Source of the DNA: an uncultured Flavobacteriales bacterium
GTDB taxonomy: Bacteria > Bacteroidota > Bacteroidia > Flavobacteriales_D > CAJJDF01
DNA: 64,000 bases
NCBI GenBank assembly: GCA_937129365.1
Contig: CAKZNB010000030.1
Location: forward strand, 9,429 to 73,428
Reading direction: 5' to 3'
Shown here: positions 56,450-64,000 of the stretch, piece by piece
Numbering within the stretch: position 1 is the stretch's first letter
Layout of the letters: each line of letters starts with the position of its first letter
The notes under the pieces: model-generated
Seen by the model: only the letters and a program-made list of their open reading frames with translations
Told to the model about the DNA's origin: nothing
Database searches by the model: none
Program-made: the position numbers and the translations under genes

Positions 56450-58516
56450 TTATTGAATAATTAATTTCTCTAATCTTCTAACTCCATTAATTTCAATACT
56501 CACAAAATAGATTCCTGCGTTTAAGTTTCCTTTTTCAATTGTCAAAGTATTATTCCCTTGGGATAAAGTTTTGTTAGTAATTATTGATTTAACTGTTTGT
56601 CCAAGAGTGTTTAATAAAGAAACTGAAACCTGAGACTCTTTCTTTAAATCAATACTAGCAGTAGTGAAATTGCTTGTAGGATTGGGGAATAATTCAAGGT
56701 TTGAAATCAAATCATTTTCATCAATTCCAACTACCTGATTTATGTTAATATCATCAACAAAAAAGTTGTTACCATTTCCGTTTTTTATTCTAAACTTAAA
56801 TCTAAAATTAGAAGTAAAATAAGATCCATTAATAGGAATAGATTGGCTAGTCCATTCACTTGTACCTCCGGGGAAAAACTCACCACTTTTAGATCCTACC
56901 GTAGGATTTAAGCCTCTAAAAATCACCCAGTTTTCTCCACAATCATTTGAAACAAGTAATTGAACAGTTTCTGAACCAGAAGTTGGTTTTCTAGCATAAG
57001 AATATTTAAAATTAATAGATGCAGATGAGCTTCCTGTTAGATTCAATGACTTGCTAACAAGCTCACTAACGGCCCCTTCGCTTACAATGTAGTTTCTTAA
57101 CATAGCACTTTTTGCACCGCTATAATTAGAGTTGCTAAGTCCCCATACCGATGGGTCATTAGAAATTGTTTCCCATGTGTCTTCAAACTGAAATTGAGAT
57201 ATTTCAAACCCCTCAGAGTAAGGTAATGAAGCTCCCCAGTCTGGAAGTACTCTTATATACCTTGATTTTGTTACTGTTTTTGTTCCGCTTGCATTAGAAA
57301 CTGTAAGCGTAACATCATGTCTACCAGGATTGTTGTAAACTACAGTTGGGTTCTCGGCAGTTGATGTGCTAGGAGTTCCTCCAGGAAATCTCCAAGACCA
57401 ACTAGTTGCATTATGATAAGAAGCATCAAAATATTGAATTTGTTCAAACTGACAAACAGACTGACTTTCAGTTGTAAAATCTGCGGCACAAATAATATCA
57501 GAAAATATACCAGTAGCTGCATGGTTTGCAGCAGTAATTAAATTATTTCTACCACCAACTACTGAGTTTACAGCAGCTCTCATTCTTGTTTTTTGCCCTT
57601 CAGTAAACATTTTTGAACAGTATGAATATTCCATAATGTTTTCAACATTATCTAATGTTCCACAAGTTACACCAGCAACATTACAGCTTGTCCATCCAAT
57701 AGTGTTTGGGGTGTCACCTACACCATCATCTAAAGAACAATTTGATGATAGACCTGGAGTGTTAGAACTTCCCCATAAGTGAGGTAAATTAAGCCAGTGA
57801 CCTGCTTCATGAGCAATAGTAGTATTATATACAGGTTGAACTGATGTGCCAATTGTTCCTACATAAGTATGCAATACATGGATTCCATTTTTCATATCTG
57901 CATAAAAAGGAGGTCCAGGTCTGTAGGTATATCCCGCAGCTCCGCTTGCTATAGATTTTGCAATATATATATTCATGTATTTATTTCCAGGGAAGTTTCC
58001 ATGAGCAGCTTTTACAGCATCAGCAGCAGAGTTTCCTCCACCATTTGTTGTGGATGATAGAGTACGAGTAATTCCACTAAAACATGATCCATCAATTTTT
58101 TTTTGAGCTAATCTAAACTCAATTTCAACATCTGCAGAAATTCCTCTAAAAGCTGGAGCAACAAAAGAGACATTAAGGTTTCTTTTTCTATATGAATCAT
58201 TCAAATCTTTTAAATCGCTCATAATTTGAGCATCAGAAATATTTTCAGTTCCACCTTCGTGAATTACATGATAAACTACAGGAATATAATAAATTGTACC
58301 TGTTCTTGTAGCCTGATTTTTAAAGGTATTAATAAATTGATCCTGAACTTGCTCAACAGAATCTACTTCTCTTGCAAAAGCTGCATCAGTTTTTACTCTG
58401 GTGTAAATATCTTGATCGTGAGAACAAAAATTGTTGCGATTAACTGTTTGTTGTGTGAATCCTAAAGTAGACAATACTAGTAAGGATACTGATATGATTA
58501 AGTGTTTGTAATTCAT
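56450..58516 (-). CDS. M43 (cytophagalysin/pappalysin-like) zinc metalloprotease with PKD domain and T9SS type-A C-terminal domain
   Basis: HEAGHWLNLPHLWG zinc motif. PKD-like WSWRFPGGTPSTS...HDVTLTVSNASG. C-terminal LELFPNPTSNFTTASIDL...GIYFVSIEINGVRRLEKLIIQ. Confidence 0.85.
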   Translation of the reverse strand: MNYKHLIISVSLLVLSTLGFTQQTVNRNNFCSHDQDIYTRVKTDAAFAREVDSVEQVQDQFINTFKNQATRTGTIYYIPVVYHVIHEGGTENISDAQIMSDLKDLNDSYRKRNLNVSFVAPAFRGISADVEIEFRLAQKKIDGSCFSGITRTLSSTTNGGGNSAADAVKAAHGNFPGNKYMNIYIAKSIASGAAGYTYRPGPPFYADMKNGIHVLHTYVGTIGTSVQPVYNTTIAHEAGHWLNLPHLWGSSNTPGLSSNCSLDDGVGDTPNTIGWTSCNVAGVTCGTLDNVENIMEYSYCSKMFTEGQKTRMRAAVNSVVGGRNNLITAANHAATGIFSDIICAADFTTESQSVCQFEQIQYFDASYHNATSWSWRFPGGTPSTSTAENPTVVYNNPGRHDVTLTVSNASGTKTVTKSRYIRVLPDWGASLPYSEGFEISQFQFEDTWETISNDPSVWGLSNSNYSGAKSAMLRNYIVSEGAVSELVSKSLNLTGSSSASINFKYSYARKPTSGSETVQLLVSNDCGENWVIFRGLNPTVGSKSGEFFPGGTSEWTSQSIPINGSYFTSNFRFKFRIKNGNGNNFFVDDININQVVGIDENDLISNLELFPNPTSNFTTASIDLKKESQVSVSLLNTLGQTVKSIITNKTLSQGNNTLTIEKGNLNAGIYFVSIEINGVRRLEKLIIQ

Positions 58517-58699
58517 GCTTTTAATTTGTTCTATGGGTAAATAACTTATAGACTCAGTCGTAAATGTAACTATTTAATTACACTATTTCCAATGAATATT
58601 CTTTCAAAATATGCAATTCTATAGATTGTTTGATTTATTTTTTGACACTGTTTTAAAGAAAATCCCAACAATAATAAGGTATTATAGAATAGAAATTTG

Positions 58700-58707
58700 T
58701 ACATTTG
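58700..58707 (+). promoter_or_regulatory. -7 promoter box TAcaTTTG
   Basis: Exact TAnnTTTG match 30 nt upstream of the ATG at 58737. Confidence 0.45.
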
Positions 58708-58736
58708 CAGTTCGAAAAACATCACTTTAATACAAA

Positions 58737-59522
58737 ATGGCAAAAAAAATTCAAACAGTAGAGGATAAATTGAGGTCTATATACACACTTCAATTAATTG
58801 ATTCAAATATTGATAAAATAAGAACTATTAGAGGTGAACTGCCTTTGGAGGTTGAAGATTTAGAAGCTGAAATTGAAGGTTTGACAACTCGTAAAGAGAA
58901 TATTGAAACTGAAATTGAAAGTTTAGAGACTAATATTTCTGACAGAAAAAACATGATGCTTGAAGCTGGTGATATAATTGAAAAATATAAAAAGCAGCAA
59001 GGAAACGTAAGAAATAATAGAGAATTTGATTCTTTATCAAAGGAAATTGAATTTCAAGAATTAGAAATTCAACTTTGCGAAAAGAAAATTAAAGAATTTA
59101 AATTTAAAGTTGAGAGCAAGAAAGAGGTGTTGGAAGAAGCATCTGCTAGGGTTCAAGAGAAGCAAGAGTTATTGGATCAGAAAAAGAAAGAATTAGATGA
59201 GATTATTTCTGAAACTGAAAACGAAGAAGCTGTATTGATTGAAAAATCTGAAAAAGAAGCTAAGAAAATTGACGAAAGATTATTGAGAGCTTACAAAAGA
59301 ATTAGAGGGGGGGCTAAAAACGGATTGGCAGTAGTGCCAGTTGAGAGAGGTGCTTCGGGAGGTTCTTTTATTAGTATACCACCACAAAGACAGATTGAAA
59401 TTGCTGCAAGAAAATCAATTATTTATGATGAGCATAGTGGAAGAATCTTAATTGATGCTGAAATGGCAGAAGAACTAAATGGAGAAGTTGACAAAATGAT
59501 TTCTAAGCTTCTAAAAAAATAA
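58737..59522 (+). CDS. COG1579-type coiled-coil protein with degenerate (Cys-less) C-terminal zinc-ribbon region
   Basis: 261 aa with a long coiled coil. The C-terminus reads GASGGSFISIPPQRQ...IIYDEHSGRIL, whereas I recall the family having CxxC...CxxC. Confidence 0.6.
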   Translation: MAKKIQTVEDKLRSIYTLQLIDSNIDKIRTIRGELPLEVEDLEAEIEGLTTRKENIETEIESLETNISDRKNMMLEAGDIIEKYKKQQGNVRNNREFDSLSKEIEFQELEIQLCEKKIKEFKFKVESKKEVLEEASARVQEKQELLDQKKKELDEIISETENEEAVLIEKSEKEAKKIDERLLRAYKRIRGGAKNGLAVVPVERGASGGSFISIPPQRQIEIAARKSIIYDEHSGRILIDAEMAEELNGEVDKMISKLLKK

Positions 59523-59544
59523 TAAAAAGTAAACTTGATATTGT

Positions 59545-59577
59545 AAATGGCTAACCCAAAAGGTTAGCCATTTTTTT
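59545..59577 (+). terminator. rho-independent terminator
   Basis: aaatggctaacc-caaaa-ggttagccattt followed by a T-run. Confidence 0.8.
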
Positions 59578-59600
59578 ATTAATTTTAAAAAAAAAATATT

Positions 59601-62141
59601 TTGGGAGATAAACTAGCACATTTCATATTAAATTTTAGAATTCCGATTCTTTTATTTTTAGCTCTTATTACAGCTTTTTTTGGCTATCATGCTACTAAAG
59701 TTGAATTGGATTATGAAATGCCAAAACTTCTTCCTCAGGATCATCCTGATTATGTTGCTTATGAAGATTTTAAGGAGATGTTTGGAAATGATGGATTCAA
59801 CATTTTAATTGGAATAAAAGACAAAGATTTTTATACTCCTGAAAAATTTAACAAATGGAAAGAACTTGGAGATGAATTAGCAAGTATTCCTGGAATTGAT
59901 TCTTCTTTCTCTGAAGCAAACTTTTATACTATCGAAAAACCTGATAGTAACAAACCTTTTGCTGTATTGCCAATTTCTCCAGATAAAGTCTCAAGAGTTA
60001 GTGAGTTAGATTCTATCAAATCTAAAATTAGAAGCCTTCCATTTTATGACGGAACAGTATTTAATGATGACAAGGATTTTCATGCTATGATGCTGATGGT
60101 AAATCCTGAATTTTTTAACTCAAAAGAGCGAGGAAAATTTGTTGAGGAGATAAGAAAGATTGGAAATAAATACGATGAGCATTTTGAAGGAGAAATGTAT
60201 TATACTGGGCTTCCGTTTATTAGGGCCATGAACATGCTCAAGATAAGTTCTGAGCTTGCAAAATTTATGGTGCTTTCATTATTGGCGACAATCCTTGTAC
60301 TATTTTTCTTTTTTAGATCATTGCGGGTAGTTATGATTTCTGTTTCAATAGTATTAATTGGTGTAATTTGGACTATGGGAATTGTTGGTTTATACGACTA
60401 TAAATTAACAGTAATTATGGGATTACTTCCTCCTTTAATTATTGTAATTGGAATTCCTAATTGTGTGTATTTAATTAATAAATATCAGCAATTATACCTT
60501 GATTCTGAAGACAAAGAGTATGCTCTTAAAAATGTGATTACCAAAATAGGGCACATTACATTCCTTACAAATGTTACAACTGCATTTGGGTTTGGAACTT
60601 TTGTATTTACAAATAGTTTGTTGTTATTTGAATTTGGGTCGGTAGCATTTTTCAGTATTTTATTATTGTTTTTGCTTACTACATTGCTTATTCCAATTCT
60701 TTTTAGTTTTTCAAAACCTCCAAAACAAAGACACACGAAGCACCTCGAAAAAAACTGGATAAGTAAACTATTAACAATATTAAGACACACAGTAAGGCAT
60801 AAAAAGAATACCGTATTCATTATTGCTGGAATTTTAGTAGTGGTCTGTATTTATGGAATTACATTTCTTACTCCTTCAGGAAAAATGGTAGATGATTTAC
60901 CTAACGGAGACAAAGTAAAGACTGATTTAGTTTATTTTCAGGAAAATCTTTCTGGTACAATGCCTTTTGAAGTTGTTTTGGATGTAAAAAACAAAAGAAA
61001 TAGATTCAGAAGAAATGTGCTTGAGAAAGTAGATAGCGTTCAAAGATACCTTGAATCTTTTGATGTAATTTCAAGAACTACCTCTTTAGTTGATGCATTA
61101 AAATTTGTAAATCAATCAGTTATTTATAAAGGAGACCCTTTAGACTATCAAATACCTGAAACAAAATATCTCAGAAAAATATCCAGAAAATTGGAGGAGG
61201 ATACCATTACAACTGTGGGTATTTCACTTAATATGTTTATAGATTCTACAGGAACCAGAACAAGAATCACCTCGCAAATTGAAGATATGGGGGTGGATAA
61301 ATTAGATAGCTTAATTGAGAAAGTAAAGCCAAAAATTGATGAAATTCTAAATCCTGATAAGGCTCAAATCAATTATTACATTTCTAAAATTGATGCTGGA
61401 GAACAAGAGGAAAAGTTAGCCTATATGGATTCACTTTTTTATGAATTTCCATATATTGAATTTTCATATTTGGCTTATTTAAAAGATGCAAATCCTGATT
61501 TACAAGAGAAGTATGACGAGAATGGATTAGATTTTAAAGAAATCTTAAGCTCTGACATGAAAGGATTAAACGAAGCGATAGATTACACTTTTATTGGAAA
61601 CAGAGTAACCGGATTTATTGTGCCATTTGCAAAAGGAACTAAGTATTTGATAATCAATTTACTTATTAGCCTGTTATTCGCAATTATTGGGATTGCTATT
61701 CTTATGGCTTTCTTATTTAAGTCCTTTTGGATTGTATTAATCTCTATTGTTACTAACGTAATTCCGTTATTGTTCACCGCGGGATTAATGGGGTATTTTG
61801 GGGTAGATTTAAAACCATCGACTATACTAGTTTTTAGTATTTCATTAGGTATAGCTGTAGATGATGCAATTCACTTTTTAGCTAAATTTAAACAAGAGTT
61901 AAAGCTTAATAATAATGATTTAGGTCCAGCAGTTTATAATGCTTTAAGAGAAACAGGAGTGAGTATGTTCTATACTTCCATTATTTTATTTTTCGGATTT
62001 TCAATTTTTATTGCATCAAGTTATGGAGGTACTCAAGCTCTCGGAATTTTAGTATCAATCACACTGTTAGTAGCTATGCTGTGTAATTTAGTACTGCTTC
62101 CATCGCTATTGTTGAGATTCAAAAAACTTATAGAACGATAA
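59601..62141 (+). CDS. RND-superfamily / MMPL-type transporter (two sterol-sensing-like 6-TM bundles)
   Basis: 846 aa, TTG start. Two hydrophobic blocks (about aa 225-370 and 690-840), each preceded by a large soluble loop. Confidence 0.7.
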   Translation: MGDKLAHFILNFRIPILLFLALITAFFGYHATKVELDYEMPKLLPQDHPDYVAYEDFKEMFGNDGFNILIGIKDKDFYTPEKFNKWKELGDELASIPGIDSSFSEANFYTIEKPDSNKPFAVLPISPDKVSRVSELDSIKSKIRSLPFYDGTVFNDDKDFHAMMLMVNPEFFNSKERGKFVEEIRKIGNKYDEHFEGEMYYTGLPFIRAMNMLKISSELAKFMVLSLLATILVLFFFFRSLRVVMISVSIVLIGVIWTMGIVGLYDYKLTVIMGLLPPLIIVIGIPNCVYLINKYQQLYLDSEDKEYALKNVITKIGHITFLTNVTTAFGFGTFVFTNSLLLFEFGSVAFFSILLLFLLTTLLIPILFSFSKPPKQRHTKHLEKNWISKLLTILRHTVRHKKNTVFIIAGILVVVCIYGITFLTPSGKMVDDLPNGDKVKTDLVYFQENLSGTMPFEVVLDVKNKRNRFRRNVLEKVDSVQRYLESFDVISRTTSLVDALKFVNQSVIYKGDPLDYQIPETKYLRKISRKLEEDTITTVGISLNMFIDSTGTRTRITSQIEDMGVDKLDSLIEKVKPKIDEILNPDKAQINYYISKIDAGEQEEKLAYMDSLFYEFPYIEFSYLAYLKDANPDLQEKYDENGLDFKEILSSDMKGLNEAIDYTFIGNRVTGFIVPFAKGTKYLIINLLISLLFAIIGIAILMAFLFKSFWIVLISIVTNVIPLLFTAGLMGYFGVDLKPSTILVFSISLGIAVDDAIHFLAKFKQELKLNNNDLGPAVYNALRETGVSMFYTSIILFFGFSIFIASSYGGTQALGILVSITLLVAMLCNLVLLPSLLLRFKKLIER

Positions 62142-62143
62142 CA

Positions 62144-63727
62144 ATGGGAAAACGCTTTGCTCTTTCCATATCAAGCGGATTAATTTTAGGATTATCTTGG
62201 GTAGAAATCACTGGTTTATTTCCTTTTGTTTTTGTTGCCTTAATACCGTTTTTAATTCTTGAAGATGATATTTTAAAGAAGAATTTGTCTTCTGCCAAAG
62301 TGTATGTTCATGCATTTATCATTTTTTCAATTTTCAATGCTGTAACCACTTGGTGGATTTATCATGCGTCCCCAGCAGGTGCTTTTATGGCATTTATCTT
62401 TGGGGCAGCTTTAGTGGCATTTCCATTTTGGTTTTTCCATCTTACTCGAAAATTTATTGGAAACAAAGAAGGATATATTGCTTTTGTAATCAATATTTTA
62501 GCTTTTGAGTGGTTGGATTATAATTGGTCCCTTTCTCATCCTTGGTTACCTTTTGGAAATGCATTTGCAGGATTTCCTGATATTGTGCAATGGTATGAAC
62601 ATACTGGAGTTGGAGGAGGCTCTCTTTGGATTCTTTTGGTTAATTTGATAGTGTTTTTTGCTTGGAAAAAATTCGTAAGTGAGAAAACAATTATATCAAT
62701 TAAGAAACATATACTGACAGTATTAATTTTATTGATTATCCCAATTTCAATATCTTATCTTATTTTAAATAGAGTTGATTTAGGAGAGAACAATCCGACA
62801 ATTGGAGTTGTAGTTTCTCAACCAAATGTTGATCCATATCAAAAATTTGATGGAAATTTAACAGCTTTGGATCAAACTAAAAATATGCTAAAAGTAACTG
62901 AAAAGTCTATTGATGAGAATACAAGATTAATCATTACACCTGAAACTGCCTTTCCTTTTTCGCTAGAAGAAAGCATGATTCAGTATTCCGATGAAGTGCA
63001 ACTTTCTAAGATTTTTTTAAAAAAATATCCGAAAGTTAATTTGCTCACTGGTGCATCAACCCATGCATATTTTGATAAGGAAAATTCTCCTGCTTCCAAA
63101 AAAATAGATGAAGGTGGATTTTATGAATCTTATAATTCAACTTTATTAATCAATCAATCAGATTCTATTCAGATTTATCACAAAATGAAATTGGTGTTAG
63201 GAGTAGAGGTATTGCCTTTTCAGTTTATTACAAAGCCTCTAGAGTCTATTTTTGATTTAGGCGGAACAGTTGGAACACTTGGAACAGAAAAAGCCCCTAA
63301 GAACTTTAAAATAGGAAATGCGGTTGTCGCTCCAACCATTTGTTACGAGTCTATTTATGGTGAGTTTATGGGTGAGTTTTGTGTAAAGGGAGCAAACATT
63401 ATATCGGTAAGTACTAATGACGCTTGGTGGTACGATACTCCAGGGTATAAGCAACTCCTTGCCTATACACAGTTGCGAGCAATTGAAAACAGAAAGTGGA
63501 TTGCCCGTTCTGCTAACACAGGAATTTCTTGTTTTATTAATCCGAGAGGAGAAATAGTAAAGAAAACCAAATGGGAAGAAGCCACTTCAATTGGAATGGA
63601 TGTTCCATTAATGGAAGGGACAACTTTTTATGCTCGAAATGGGGATTTTATTTCCCGAATAGCTTTATTTATTGCCTCCTTACTTCTTCTACTCACTTTT
63701 GTAAGGAGGATTAAAAACAAGAAATAA
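62144..63727 (+). CDS. lnt: apolipoprotein N-acyltransferase
   Basis: 527 aa. N-terminal multi-TM region, then a nitrilase-like domain with ITPETAFP and the catalytic-Cys context VAPTICYESIYGEF. Confidence 0.85.
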   Translation: MGKRFALSISSGLILGLSWVEITGLFPFVFVALIPFLILEDDILKKNLSSAKVYVHAFIIFSIFNAVTTWWIYHASPAGAFMAFIFGAALVAFPFWFFHLTRKFIGNKEGYIAFVINILAFEWLDYNWSLSHPWLPFGNAFAGFPDIVQWYEHTGVGGGSLWILLVNLIVFFAWKKFVSEKTIISIKKHILTVLILLIIPISISYLILNRVDLGENNPTIGVVVSQPNVDPYQKFDGNLTALDQTKNMLKVTEKSIDENTRLIITPETAFPFSLEESMIQYSDEVQLSKIFLKKYPKVNLLTGASTHAYFDKENSPASKKIDEGGFYESYNSTLLINQSDSIQIYHKMKLVLGVEVLPFQFITKPLESIFDLGGTVGTLGTEKAPKNFKIGNAVVAPTICYESIYGEFMGEFCVKGANIISVSTNDAWWYDTPGYKQLLAYTQLRAIENRKWIARSANTGISCFINPRGEIVKKTKWEEATSIGMDVPLMEGTTFYARNGDFISRIALFIASLLLLLTFVRRIKNKK

Positions 63728-63768
63728 ATTTATTTTTGTATCTTGTTATTAATCATTACATCATTAGA

Positions 63769-64000
63769 ATGAATAAGTTAGCTAGATTAATTATTTTGTT
63801 GAGTATATTATTTAGCTGTAATTCAGGAAAAAATATTTTTAATAAAAGAAAATATACTCCTGGCGTTTACAGGAGCACTTCTTCTAATTATAAATCAAAT
63901 TCAAAAAAGCCAAAGAAAAGCCATTTCATCTCCAAAAAGAAGGAATCAGAGAAAGTTATTTCTAAAAAAGAGGCTATAATTAGTGATAATAATCAGAAAT
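63769..64000 (+). CDS. lipoprotein, N-terminal fragment (runs off right edge)
   Basis: My translation from ATG 63769: MNKLARLIILLSILFSCNSGKNIF... (lipobox LFSC) followed by a Lys/Ser-rich stretch. Not in the ORF track because it is truncated. Confidence 0.5.
   Translation, partial: MNKLARLIILLSILFSCNSGKNIFNKRKYTPGVYRSTSSNYKSNSKKPKKSHFISKKKESEKVISKKEAIISDNNQK

Overview
AT-rich (about one-third G+C by eye) chromosomal segment that looks like Bacteroidota, probably a Flavobacteriia-type genome. Support: sdhCAB with a b558-type cytochrome subunit, several TAnnTTTG -7 promoter boxes, and four proteins with type IX secretion (T9SS) C-terminal sorting domains. Most genes are housekeeping: fbp, fabF-acpP, sdhCAB, cvpA, trpS, rnhA-purN, yebC, waaA, recQ, gltX, lnt. 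The dominant feature is one uninterrupted 13.2-kb ORF (5480..18712, minus strand) encoding a 4,410-aa secreted protein. It has a signal peptide, a 1,753-aa non-repetitive N-terminal region, 32 tandem 80-aa Cys-containing HYR/Ig-like repeats kept in a 240-nt register, and a T9SS type-B (gliding-motility-associated) C-terminal domain. A CPBP-type intramembrane-protease homologue starts 1 nt after its stop, followed by a small polytopic membrane protein. This trio is the best candidate here for an undescribed functional unit. Other accessory content: a PorZ-like propeller/CTD protein followed by two large polytopic GT-C-like membrane proteins; a translationally coupled LytTR-RR / REC / Hpt module with no kinase; a second orphan LytTR regulator preceded by a 9-bp direct repeat with a 12-bp spacer; an ECF sigma operon; a TonB-dependent receptor; an M43 metalloprotease with a T9SS type-A CTD; and clusters of REP-like hairpins in two intergenic regions. 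I found no rRNA, tRNA, CRISPR array, transposase, integrase or phage genes. All family assignments come from motif recognition by eye. No HMM, BLAST or folding computation was run.
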